DNA from: Alphaproteobacteria bacterium
GTDB taxonomy: Bacteria > Pseudomonadota > Alphaproteobacteria > G02398745 > G023898745
Assembly: GCA_023898745.1 (NCBI GenBank)
Contig: CP060237.1
Span: 235,718-299,717 of the forward strand
Length of the DNA stretch: 64,000 bases
Direction of reading: 5' to 3'
This document shows, piece by piece, positions 38,184 to 47,735 of the stretch (position 1 is its first letter; each line of letters opens with the position of its first letter). The translations under genes were made by a program, and so were the position numbers. The notes beneath the pieces were generated by a model. That model worked only from the letters and a program-made list of their open reading frames with translations, was not told where the DNA came from and did no database searches.

Positions 38184-38777
38184 ATGATATACGTAGCAAA
38201 CTGGAAGATGAATGGAGATAAAGGGCTATGTGAATCTTATAAAAGACATCTCATGAACGTTATTGTCTGCCCGCCCTACCCCTTAATCCATCATTTTCAA
38301 AACAGTGCACTGACTGTTGGAGCGCAAAACTGTAGCCAATACTACAAAGGTTCTTATACAGGTGAGGTAAGTGCTGAAATGCTCAAAGATTCAGGATGCT
38401 CTTATGTTATTGTGGGACATTCTGAACGAAGAGCATTCGAGACAGAAGCTGTTGTATTGGAAAAAGCGCGTCGCGTCATTGAGGCAGGTATGACACCAAT
38501 TATCTGTAGTGCAGAACTTATGGATATCGACCTTGATCCAAAAAGCTATATGATTGCTTACGAACCTGTGTGGGCTATTGGAACTGGCAAAACACCTAAA
38601 CCATCTGAAATTTTCTTGATGGTGAATGCATTTAAAATGCGCACTGAATGCGAGACGGTTTTATATGGCGGTTCTGTGAACAGTAAAAATGCCGATAGTT
38701 TGCGTGATGCATGCGATGGATTTTTGATTGGGGGAGCGAGTTTGGATGTCATGGAAATGCAGAATATTATAAGATAA
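38184..38777 (+). CDS. tpiA: Triosephosphate isomerase (short form, 197 aa)
   Basis: ANWKMNG (Lys13/Asn11 region), IVGHSERR (His95), AYEPVWAIGTG (Glu165). Confidence 0.85.
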   Translation: MIYVANWKMNGDKGLCESYKRHLMNVIVCPPYPLIHHFQNSALTVGAQNCSQYYKGSYTGEVSAEMLKDSGCSYVIVGHSERRAFETEAVVLEKARRVIEAGMTPIICSAELMDIDLDPKSYMIAYEPVWAIGTGKTPKPSEIFLMVNAFKMRTECETVLYGGSVNSKNADSLRDACDGFLIGGASLDVMEMQNIIR

Positions 38778-38780
38778 CCG

Positions 38781-39332
38781 TTACGCTTTTTTGTCTTTCT
38801 CCACTCTCTTAGGAGACTCAGGATACTCTGAATCAGTAAGACTCTCTAAATACCCTAACCAAGTACTTTTTTTATACTCGTAAAGCGGTCGGAGAATCTC
38901 TATAAGATCCCAGATTAATTGATTGTCTCGATTCAATTGCACATCATACAACATACATGCATAGAAAAATAAATGACTTTCAGTATAATTTTGAGGCAAT
39001 GGGTAAATTTTTTTAAGACAATTCAAAACGTTAATTGATACATCGAAAAATAATTTGGTGCTTATTTCTAAAGTAAATCTATTGGATTCAAGATAAGATA
39101 AACATTTTACAATATGGTGTAACGCAACATCATTTTTATTTCTTTCATCCATTCCATCCGCAGACAAAAATGAAAAAACATATTTAGATTCAAGTTTCGC
39201 TAATATAACTTTCATCCCCTCAGATATATTAGTCAATGCAAGTTTTCTAGGAGTAGATATAGAAGAATTTAATAAAAGCTGGGTTTCTGGAATCTTATCA
39301 TCAGAAGAAGTATTTACAAAATAAAAAAACAT
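38781..39332 (-). CDS. Hypothetical protein with an MFFYFVNTSS leader (183 aa)
   Basis: The ORF is preceded by an AGGAGG RBS. It is the last gene of a three-gene minus-strand cluster. Confidence 0.45.
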   Translation of the reverse strand: MFFYFVNTSSDDKIPETQLLLNSSISTPRKLALTNISEGMKVILAKLESKYVFSFLSADGMDERNKNDVALHHIVKCLSYLESNRFTLEISTKLFFDVSINVLNCLKKIYPLPQNYTESHLFFYACMLYDVQLNRDNQLIWDLIEILRPLYEYKKSTWLGYLESLTDSEYPESPKRVEKDKKA

Positions 39333-39351
39333 TTTTGTGCCTCCTAGGATA

Positions 39352-39651
39352 TTATAAAAGTTCTTTTAGAGACTTGATACGAATTCGCAGTTCATACACA
39401 TCAGAGCTTTCTTTATAAAAAACATTAAATCCCTCTAAAACCAACTTCATTGCAGGAATTGCAGTAAATAACAGTAAAGAAAATGGTCCAGTTTTAACAA
39501 AATCGACAAAATCTTCATGGATAGATTTGTTTGAACCTGCTTTTAAATATAAATAATCAAGTACACAATATACAAAAGATATGCTCAGCGCCATAGTTAA
39601 ATAATCTGCCCAAGTTTTACGCTCTGCATAACGCTTTTCATATTTCATCAA
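39352..39651 (-). CDS. Hypothetical small membrane protein (99 aa, two TM)
   Basis: The ORF sits between two MFF-leader ORFs on the same strand with 20- to 27-bp spacers; it has two hydrophobic helices. Confidence 0.4.
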   Translation of the reverse strand: MMKYEKRYAERKTWADYLTMALSISFVYCVLDYLYLKAGSNKSIHEDFVDFVKTGPFSLLLFTAIPAMKLVLEGFNVFYKESSDVYELRIRIKSLKELL

Positions 39652-39678
39652 TAAATCAGATACATCTTTGTCAGATCT

Positions 39679-39999
39679 TTAAGGAGTTAAAGATTGTTGG
39701 CTTATGTAAGTCAAAGCCACTAGAAGATCTTTTCCTATATTTTTATCATCGTATAAAAATACTTCACTAGCCTCTAGAGAAAGTGGGGCTTGAAAGTATA
39801 AGCTCCAGGCATCTTGATGGCGGGATTTATTCAGCGCATCAACCAATCTATTAATACTTTTCTGACATCCAGAACTAGTGCCATCTAAGTTTTGAGAAGT
39901 AAACACACCTTGATGAAAATTTATACGCCTTGATAAAGTTGCCATATGTTGGACTACTTTATCTTGTGGTGGCTGCTGCGTAGCAAAAAGCATAAACAT
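39679..39999 (-). CDS. Hypothetical protein with an MFMLFATQQ leader (106 aa)
   Basis: First ORF of the three-gene cluster; the leader motif is shared. Confidence 0.4.
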   Translation of the reverse strand: MFMLFATQQPPQDKVVQHMATLSRRINFHQGVFTSQNLDGTSSGCQKSINRLVDALNKSRHQDAWSLYFQAPLSLEASEVFLYDDKNIGKDLLVALTYISQQSLTP

Positions 40000-40140
40000 A
40001 AATTTAATTCTCTATTTTGTATTCTGATTACTTGATAGGATATATTCTTAAAAAAGTCAATATAAAAATAACAAAAGGGGTAAATTGCATTTTCACACGA
40101 AGATAATAAATAATATGGTGATTCCTCAGAAATAAGCACA

Positions 40141-40728
40141 ATGAAATTTCCTAAAAATCTAAACCATAAAGCTCTGGAAACATATGTAAAGGACCCCTTA
40201 GAATTTGAAGCACGTTATATTTATGGATTGAAATCCAAAGAGCCGTTTAAGCGATTTGTGAAACGCATTGCCATAGGGAGGCTAGAGAGCCATGATGATC
40301 CAATGGATGGCCACGCTCCGCTCGCCATGACGGAGTCCATAGATTACGATGATGCCATATTTTGGCATTATCAAAAAAGTCGTATTCTTAACTCTCTCAA
40401 AGAGATTGCGCCATTATACCAAGCGATTTCTAAACCTTTGGGCGATCATGTTATTACAGAAACGATAGATTATGTCTATGACAAAACGTTGGTTTGCTTC
40501 ACAACAAAAACACCTCCCAAACAGAAAGATATAAAATCTTTAGAATCTTTACGAATGGTGTTTTGCGCCTACTGTGCAGAAGGTAAATATGATATTGAAT
40601 CTTATGAATACTGGCATTTAAAAGGGTATAAGGATATTGTGGAAAAAGTGAAATATCCACAGGAGTTGATTTTGGAAACGCTGGAGCATGTGAAAAATCT
40701 TTTGAACGAAAGCGCGGCATCATTATAG
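40141..40728 (+). CDS. Hypothetical protein carrying an in-frame palindromic-repeat insertion
   Basis: 195-aa ORF. Nucleotides ~40290..40336 (gatgatccaatggatggccacgctccgctcgccatgacggag) are a copy of the intergenic GGCCATCCAT/CTCGCCATGACG module, translated in-frame as DDPMDGHAPLAMTE. Confidence 0.4.
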   Translation: MKFPKNLNHKALETYVKDPLEFEARYIYGLKSKEPFKRFVKRIAIGRLESHDDPMDGHAPLAMTESIDYDDAIFWHYQKSRILNSLKEIAPLYQAISKPLGDHVITETIDYVYDKTLVCFTTKTPPKQKDIKSLESLRMVFCAYCAEGKYDIESYEYWHLKGYKDIVEKVKYPQELILETLEHVKNLLNESAASL

Positions 40729-40856
40729 CGCCGAAGTCACACATTATGGATCACCACACCTTGCTACGCAAGGTTCATGATGATGGAAATCGTCATTGCG
40801 AGCGGAGCCATTCATTGGATCACCATGGCGGTCTGCGCCTCGTAATGACATCTAAA

Positions 40857-41822
40857 CTAAGATGCGTGAGCCAAAAAGTATTCAGACCCCTTATCTGTTA
40901 AAACACGCCCTCTTGATGTGCGTTTCACAAGGCCTTTTTGGATAAGATATGGCTCAATAATATCTTCGATAGTGTCTTTTTGCTCTGATAACACAGCAGC
41001 TAATGTTTCAATTCCTACAGGCCCGCCATTATAAAATTCTTGAATAGACTTGATATATTTTAAATCTTGTAGATCTAAACCTAGTGCATTTACATTAAGT
41101 TCTTTCAAAGCATATTGAACCAATTCTTTATTGATAACTTTCACGTTATTCACTGTGGCAAAATCACGAATACGACGAATGAGACGGCCACATATACGTG
41201 GCGTTCCGCGTGAACATCTCGCTAACTCATACGCCCCCTCTTCTTCTATTTCAATGTTAAAGATGGAGGATGCGCGTTTAATAATTTTCACCAATTCATC
41301 TTCTTCATAAAACTGCAATCTTAAGGGAATTAGAAAGCGCTCTCTCAATGGCTGTGTCAACAAACCTGCACGTGTCGTAGCACCAACCAAAGTGAATTTT
41401 GGAAGGTCTAATGTGATAGATTTAGCCGCTGGACCCTCACCAATAATGATATCAATTTTAAAATCTTCCATGGCAGAATATAATAACTCTTCAACGCTGA
41501 TGTTGAGACGATGAATTTCATCAATAAACAAAACATCATAAGGATTCAAGTTTGTTAAAATTGCTGCAAGATCTCCGCTCTTTGTTAAGGCTGGTCCTGA
41601 TATTTCTTTGATATTAACGTTGCGCTCTGTTGCAATAATTTTGGCCAAAGTTGTTTTACCCAAACCTGGAGGGCCGTAGAGCAAAACATGGTCTAATGCC
41701 TCTTTTTTGAGTTTTGAGGCTTCAATAAACACCTTTAAATTTTTACACACTGGTTTTTGACCTACAAAGTCATCAAAATGACTGGGTCGTATGGTGTCAA
41801 TAATATCTTCGTCTCGTTGCAT
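40857..41822 (-). CDS. ruvB: Holliday junction branch-migration ATPase RuvB
   Basis: Walker [12 protein letters not shown], Walker [10 protein letters not shown], sensor motifs and a C-terminal winged helix; 321 aa. Confidence 0.95.
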   Translation of the reverse strand: MQRDEDIIDTIRPSHFDDFVGQKPVCKNLKVFIEASKLKKEALDHVLLYGPPGLGKTTLAKIIATERNVNIKEISGPALTKSGDLAAILTNLNPYDVLFIDEIHRLNISVEELLYSAMEDFKIDIIIGEGPAAKSITLDLPKFTLVGATTRAGLLTQPLRERFLIPLRLQFYEEDELVKIIKRASSIFNIEIEEEGAYELARCSRGTPRICGRLIRRIRDFATVNNVKVINKELVQYALKELNVNALGLDLQDLKYIKSIQEFYNGGPVGIETLAAVLSEQKDTIEDIIEPYLIQKGLVKRTSRGRVLTDKGSEYFLAHAS

Positions 41823-41834
41823 AGTAACCTGTTA

Positions 41835-42030
41835 TGAGCCGCCGACCGTCATAGCGAGGTCCGAAGGACCGTGGCTATCCCTTATGGATCACCGCGTCGC
41901 TGCGCTCCTCGTGATGACGTTCCTGTGCGCCCTTATGTTTTTTATTTATTATGCCATAAAATGCCTGTACAATTATAATAATCAGATAAATGGATCACCA
42001 CGTCGTTTCACTCCTCGTTATGACGTGTAA
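41835..42030. repeat. Modular hairpin repeat cluster between ruvB and the SEDS gene
   Basis: ccgtcatagcgaggtccgaaggaccgtggctatccc ... atggatcaccgcgtcgctgcgctcctcgtgatgacg ... ggatcaccacgtcgtttcactcctcgttatgacg. Confidence 0.75.
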
Positions 42031-42035
42031 AAGAT

Positions 42036-43088
42036 ATGCCCTACATCCTAATCGTTTTCTTTGTCATTAGCATTGCAACTCTCTACTCTGCTGCAGATGG
42101 TAGTTTTCACCCATGGGCATTCAAACAAATCCTGCGCTACGGCATAGGCGTGATGGTTATGCTTTTAACATTAAGACTACCTAGACCATTTTTTTATGCA
42201 TGGTCCTACCCCTTTTATTTCATCTGTTTAATTGCGCTCATTCTCGTAGAACTTATGGGCTTTGTAGGAATGGGCGCCAAACGTTGGTTACATTTTGGCT
42301 CACTTTATGTGCAGCCATCTGAGTTTATGCGCATCGCGGTTATTCTTGCATTAGCCCGTTACTTTGGCGACTTCAAACATCAAATTACACAAATGCGCAC
42401 CCTTGTTGTGCCAGCATTTATGGTGATGATTCCTGTTCTGCTTATTGCAAAACAGCCTGATTTAGGGACAGCTCTGCTGATTATGGGCAGCAGTTTATTT
42501 ATGGCCTTATCATCCGGCATTCAGTTATGGAAATTTGGCGCAGCATTTTTAACATTGGGCGGATTATCACCAATTCTATGGAAATTTTTACATGAATATC
42601 AAAAAAAACGTATCTTGGTATTTTTATTTCCTGAAACAGATATTCAAAATGCTGGATACCATGTGATGCAATCCAAAATTGCTATTGGATCCAGTGGTTT
42701 GTTTGGGAAGGGGTTCATGCAAAGCACACAAGCACGTTTACAATTTTTGCCAGAGAAGCAAACAGATTTTATTTTTGCCATGATTGTTGAAGAATGGGGC
42801 AGCATTGCGGCTGTTGTATTAATTGTTCTTTATCTTTGGATCATTGTTTGGGGGCTAAACCGTGCGGATCGTCTCAAAAATCGCTTTGAAATGTTTACTG
42901 TATGCGGATTGATCTCATCCATTTTCGTTTACGCATTTGTGAATATGGGAATGTGCATGGGAATTTTGCCAATTGTGGGAATTCCTTTGCCTTTTTTATC
43001 TTATGGCGGCACATCACTTTTGAGTTTATTTTTATCTTTGGGAATTGTCTATCGTTTTCATCTGCCAAAAGTTAGACGGTTTGTTTAA
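42036..43088 (+). CDS. SEDS-family peptidoglycan glycosyltransferase (RodA/FtsW)
   Basis: About 10 TM helices; conserved SEDS segments (KQPDLGTALL; GSSGLFGKGF; MIVEEWG); at 350 aa its length is RodA-like. Confidence 0.78.
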   Translation: MPYILIVFFVISIATLYSAADGSFHPWAFKQILRYGIGVMVMLLTLRLPRPFFYAWSYPFYFICLIALILVELMGFVGMGAKRWLHFGSLYVQPSEFMRIAVILALARYFGDFKHQITQMRTLVVPAFMVMIPVLLIAKQPDLGTALLIMGSSLFMALSSGIQLWKFGAAFLTLGGLSPILWKFLHEYQKKRILVFLFPETDIQNAGYHVMQSKIAIGSSGLFGKGFMQSTQARLQFLPEKQTDFIFAMIVEEWGSIAAVVLIVLYLWIIVWGLNRADRLKNRFEMFTVCGLISSIFVYAFVNMGMCMGILPIVGIPLPFLSYGGTSLLSLFLSLGIVYRFHLPKVRRFV

Positions 43089-43107
43089 AAAGAATCTTTT
43101 GGATAGA

Positions 43108-43485
43108 TCGTCATGGCTAGCGAAGCATGGCCATCTATTATGGATCACCACGGGACTTCATCCCTCGTGATGACACCCCTGAGGTTGGCATGGCTAGCGA
43201 AGCATGGCCATCTATTGGATCGCCACGTCGCTCTGCGCTCCTCGTGATCTGATTCATTCCCACGAATTAAATATGCGCAGACGTCATCACGAGCCTTGCG
43301 TAGCAAGGCGTGGTAATCCAGAAAAACATGGATGGCCACGCCGCCTTCGCTAAAGCTAAGGCGCGCTCGCCATGACGGTAGCTGTCCTTATATTGTTCTA
43401 TCCATTTCTCTAGAAGAAAAGCTTGCATGGTTAAGCGTTTAAGACTTTTTGGATTTTAGAAAATTCGTGGGGATGGGTAAGCTTG
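43108..43485. repeat. Composite repeat region (two GTCATGGCTAGCG hairpins, hairpin modules, inverted element C)
   Basis: cgtcatggctagcgaagcatggccatcta occurs twice (43109, 43188); the element C copy is at 43365..43485. Confidence 0.8.
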
Positions 43486-43511
43486 TTATAACAGCTCCCC
43501 ACTAGATTTTT

Positions 43512-46397
43512 TTAGTAGAAACCGTTAGGGCCGTAATTGCAGCAACCTGATCTATCATAACAGTTGCTTTGAGAACATCCTTGACCTAAGTTGCAACACT
43601 CTTCTTCAAAATACTCATCATCATAGCATGTGCTTTTGCATTTAAAGTTTTTCTTTGGTTCTTTTTCTTCAGTGAAGCCACATCCTTCACTGTATCCACA
43701 ACTTTTTGTTGGTTTACCGCAATAATCTGCTTCATGATGATCATCATGATAAATACCTTCATCACATTTAGGTTTTGAGCAACATGTCTTTGGGCAGTGC
43801 ACAAGATCGCCGCATTTTGTTACTTTGTAAAGCTTTGGACGCTCATCGTAGAATCCTACTGTATATCTAAACACAACTTCAGTTTTTGACTCTTTGAATT
43901 GCAAATCAAACAAACGATATCTACATCCTTTTGAGTTATAAGCATAAAGTGTATAGCACTCTTTTTTGTGATTTTTGAATGTGAGCATTACATCATTGCT
44001 CTCATCATTTCTCACGCCACAGCATGACATGTTTACAAATTGCAAACCTTCATCTGAAATGTATTGGCAGAAACATCTATCACCATAACGATCATATACA
44101 ACCAAACGATAGCAACATGTTTTATCATTTCTAAACAAGAACGCAAGCTCTTTATTGTGATCATTATCTAGATCACAGCACAAGAAATCTACAAAACGCT
44201 CACATCGATCTGCAATGATACGGCTGAAAATTGGAACAGTTGTTCCTGTATCTGTCAAAACGTACAAGCGTGTTTGTCCATTTGCCTCTTTCATTGTAAC
44301 GATTAATTCGTTAAATCCGTTGTTATCGATATCGCAGAATCCAACATTTTGCACACGTCCATCAGGCAACTCCACTGGGCAAATTCTTGTTGTGCCGTCT
44401 GCATTCAAAATAAACAACACATTTGACCCGCCGGAAATCTTGTAAGCAAACACAACACCATCATCCACATATTGGAAATATTGTTGCAAAATTGCATCTT
44501 GCGCAATTTTTATTTTTTGACCCACTGTTGCTTGGGTTGTTGTTAGATCTAAGAAACTGTAAGCACTAAAATGACACTCGTTTTTCAAAACAAGAATGAG
44601 TCTCTTAATATCTGTTGTTTGCTCACAACATACAAGCGCAAAGAACTTATCTCCTTTTAGACCAAGTGTCTTAGGATACGTATGTCCATAAACTTCAGTT
44701 ACACCTGTTCCATTTTCACTAATATTATAAAGCTCAAGTTTATGAAGTCCTTGAGGTGTTTTTAACACTACAACGAACTCTTTATCACCTGAAGCTCCTG
44801 TTGTAATAATTTCTCTCGTGAAATCACAACACTCAATATGCGCAAGAGAATCGCCTGGAGTTCCTAAATTCATCGTTTGAGACAACAATGCTGGAATTCC
44901 CATTCCTGCTGGCGTCACAACTAGAACATGTAGGCGCAATTGATTTAGTCTCGCATCTCTCAACACAACGAAAATTGCACGCTTTTCAAATGCGCCTGTA
45001 TCTGAATTTTTTGCAATATCGCAGCATTCAATTCTCTCAACGATATCACCACAATACCCAACAGACGCTGGACAAATCACGTTTGTTCCATCTGGATCAA
45101 CGATGAAAATAAAGTTTTGCATATCATCATTTTGGAACACAAAAATTACTTCAGATTGCAAATCCATATCTGCATTACACTCATGCGCAAACAAAGTAAG
45201 TCCATTTGTGAATGTTCCACCTACGAGACCGCCTGCGTTATTAAATCCAAATAGTTTAAATTTACCGCTTGCATCTTTTAGTGTTACGAACACTTGATCA
45301 ACCTCTTCGCAACATGTGACACTCACAAACGCTTCATTTCCAGCACCGAAAGTAACGCCAGAAGCTTGTGTTGTTGCGCCAGTTGTTTCAAAAATATGGA
45401 ACTTGAATTTTCCATCAGTTCCTCTCATGATCACAACTATTTCAGAATCTGCTGCAGTTGTTACATCACAACACAACAAACTAACAAATTTATCACCTGA
45501 GGCACCTAAAACTAAATGATTTCCAGCTCCCGTATTGAGGTCAACTAACCCAACTTGATTCAAAACTGCTGCTGCTGCGCTCTTATAAACTCTATTTTGT
45601 CCATTCACTTCAAATACAGCAAAAAACTGGTTATTACAGCAGAATGTTTTTATAAAGCTCGCTGAAAGTGGCAAATCTGTAGGGGCTTCAAATTGCTCTA
45701 AATCAATAGGTGTAGCTGAAGGAGCTGCAGGATTTATAGCAGCTGAAACATATTCTTGATCAGTTATATCTCTTGCAATAACCTGCAAGAAACCTATATC
45801 AGTTAGGCCTGGCGTTGCTGTTCCGCAACAATTTAAATCAACTAATTCTAATACGTTACCTGGAAAGCCCATTTTTTGTAGCGTCAAAGGCCCTGTGTCT
45901 GGAGTATTCATACTGCCTACATTCACTGGACTACCTGTGTGAGTATAGCGATAAATAAGAATTTGACCATTTTCCTTCATTGCAACATAAATCTCTTTAA
46001 ACCCATCTTCTCCTTGAGTGTCGTCCGGAGAAGCTGGAGTAGCTGGAGGTGTTACTGTATCTAAAATATCGCAACATGTAAGTGCTAAAAACTCATCGCA
46101 AGTTCCGCACATAGTTTGCGCACCAAACTTACCACAACGTGGCACAAATGTTTGACTCACTTGCCCCATATGATTAAACTCAATCGCCTCATATTGACCT
46201 GCAGGATCAACTAAAAGCAAAAGAACAGTTTGACTGTCACTGCAACAGTAAAACTTATTATTCGCCCCAATGCTGATATTCTTGTTTACCAACTTTCCTG
46301 TTTGTGAAACGGGTCCTTTGAGTGTGTAATTCTTAGTTGAATCATCTACTTCAAGTGTAAAACCTTCGTTTTGACAACTATAAATAAACTTTGCCAT
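43512..46397 (-). CDS. Giant (961 aa) repeat protein of about 13 FG-GAP/VCBS-like ~65-aa repeats, each with a vicinal Cys-Cys dipeptide, plus a Cys/His-rich C-terminal tail
   Basis: 15 CC dipeptides at quasi-regular spacing (FYCCSD, LTCCDIL, LLCCDVT, VTCCEEVD, IECCDIA, IECCDFT, LVCCEQTT, FLCCDLD...). FCDIDNNGFNELIV resembles the FG-GAP calcium-binding loop. The tail is CPKTCCSKPKCDEG...CCNLGQGCSQSNCYDRSGCCNYG. Confidence 0.7.
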   Translation of the reverse strand: MAKFIYSCQNEGFTLEVDDSTKNYTLKGPVSQTGKLVNKNISIGANNKFYCCSDSQTVLLLLVDPAGQYEAIEFNHMGQVSQTFVPRCGKFGAQTMCGTCDEFLALTCCDILDTVTPPATPASPDDTQGEDGFKEIYVAMKENGQILIYRYTHTGSPVNVGSMNTPDTGPLTLQKMGFPGNVLELVDLNCCGTATPGLTDIGFLQVIARDITDQEYVSAAINPAAPSATPIDLEQFEAPTDLPLSASFIKTFCCNNQFFAVFEVNGQNRVYKSAAAAVLNQVGLVDLNTGAGNHLVLGASGDKFVSLLCCDVTTAADSEIVVIMRGTDGKFKFHIFETTGATTQASGVTFGAGNEAFVSVTCCEEVDQVFVTLKDASGKFKLFGFNNAGGLVGGTFTNGLTLFAHECNADMDLQSEVIFVFQNDDMQNFIFIVDPDGTNVICPASVGYCGDIVERIECCDIAKNSDTGAFEKRAIFVVLRDARLNQLRLHVLVVTPAGMGIPALLSQTMNLGTPGDSLAHIECCDFTREIITTGASGDKEFVVVLKTPQGLHKLELYNISENGTGVTEVYGHTYPKTLGLKGDKFFALVCCEQTTDIKRLILVLKNECHFSAYSFLDLTTTQATVGQKIKIAQDAILQQYFQYVDDGVVFAYKISGGSNVLFILNADGTTRICPVELPDGRVQNVGFCDIDNNGFNELIVTMKEANGQTRLYVLTDTGTTVPIFSRIIADRCERFVDFLCCDLDNDHNKELAFLFRNDKTCCYRLVVYDRYGDRCFCQYISDEGLQFVNMSCCGVRNDESNDVMLTFKNHKKECYTLYAYNSKGCRYRLFDLQFKESKTEVVFRYTVGFYDERPKLYKVTKCGDLVHCPKTCCSKPKCDEGIYHDDHHEADYCGKPTKSCGYSEGCGFTEEKEPKKNFKCKSTCYDDEYFEEECCNLGQGCSQSNCYDRSGCCNYGPNGFY

Positions 46398-46947
46398 AAT
46401 TTTTAATCATTAAGATTCTTTACCTTATTATATCATATTTAAGTAATATTAAAATATATATTTAAGTATTTTTGAAATATTTTTTCCGTCTTCGCTTTCG
46501 CCATCGCCCAAAGGGCTATGGCGAAATAGCTACGACGCGACTGCGTCGGAGCGTACGAAACGGAACCTCGCCGTAGCTTGAAGAGCGTAGGCGGGTTAAC
46601 CTTTTGTACACACTTTCTCCTTCCACAATGAAGCAGAAGCTCTTGATCAAGTGAGGTTTTTTGAAAAACTATATAAAATTCCTAGCGCTTAGTCTTGTGG
46701 AAGGCCTGGTGCATTATGATCTGAGAAAAACCTTGCTCACTGTAGTTTTAAGCTTTATATTAACGCATTTCTGCATGCATATGCATGAATATTATTATTT
46801 TTATATTCGCGAGAAGAATGAAAAAAAGATGTGCGCATTTTGGAAGCAGATGTCATCGTGACGTCATCACGAGGAGCGCAGCGACGTGGTGATCCATGGA
46901 GGTAGCCCGCCTACGCTCTTTGAGCTTCGGCGAGACTTCGAAGTCGC

Positions 46948-47610
46948 TCAATCCTTCGCAGCGTAATATACAAGCGGCGCAAAAGCTGCAATTGCCGCAA
47001 TCATCATACCAAAAATCCAAGTATAATCAGGGGGTTGCTGCACATAAATTGTTTGCACCTCAGGCTCTTTCATTTCAGGCAAAGTTGGGGGTTTAGGGCA
47101 CTCAAATCTCACAATATCAGGTACTTCAAGTGTTATTTTATGCCTCGGACTCAACTCAAGTGTTTTTTGATGGTCATAAATCAAATGTGCAAAATCTTTT
47201 TTCTTATCAACTCCAATGCCACCACTGTAACCATTGTAAAAGATATTCTTAAGATAAATCGGTGCGCCGCATTCATTTAATGCATTTGCACTAAAAACAT
47301 ACTGATTTAAAAATTGAGAAAAGTATGCGGCAACATCTTGAGCATACTGAGCAGAATGGCCAATTCTTTCACTAAAAAACAGACTAAAAGGCTTTTTATT
47401 ATCTGGATTCTCGATATTAAATGCTATCTGATTCTTAAGCATGCGACGCAAATCTGTGATTAAGCTTGCTGAGCTACTGTACAATAATTGTGTTGCGAAA
47501 GAATGTTCTGTACGCGGACCAAAGAAAATAGTTTTATCATCTCCAACCAATAAAAATAAACAAAATCCTCTGGGGTAATCCTCAAAAAAATTTCCGAATA
47601 AATTTGACAT
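46948..47610 (-). CDS. Hypothetical 220-aa protein with a C-terminal TM anchor
   Basis: Uninterrupted ORF ending in the hydrophobic IFGMMIAAIAAFAPLVYYAA; no motif recognised. Confidence 0.45.
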   Translation of the reverse strand: MSNLFGNFFEDYPRGFCLFLLVGDDKTIFFGPRTEHSFATQLLYSSSASLITDLRRMLKNQIAFNIENPDNKKPFSLFFSERIGHSAQYAQDVAAYFSQFLNQYVFSANALNECGAPIYLKNIFYNGYSGGIGVDKKKDFAHLIYDHQKTLELSPRHKITLEVPDIVRFECPKPPTLPEMKEPEVQTIYVQQPPDYTWIFGMMIAAIAAFAPLVYYAAKD

Positions 47611-47735
47611 TTCTCACCTCTTGACGGCGTGCGTCATGGCGAGACCTGGAAGTTCGTAGCCATCCATAATGGATCACCACGTCGCTACACTCCTCGTGAT
47701 GACGATGCGTTATGCAACAAATATCTATTATCTCA

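Noticed and set aside
46661-46861. 66-aa ORF (MKNYIKFLALSLVEG...)
   Set aside because: It lies between two repeat blocks and has odd composition (HMHEYYYFYIREKNEKK). It is probably non-coding AT-rich sequence.
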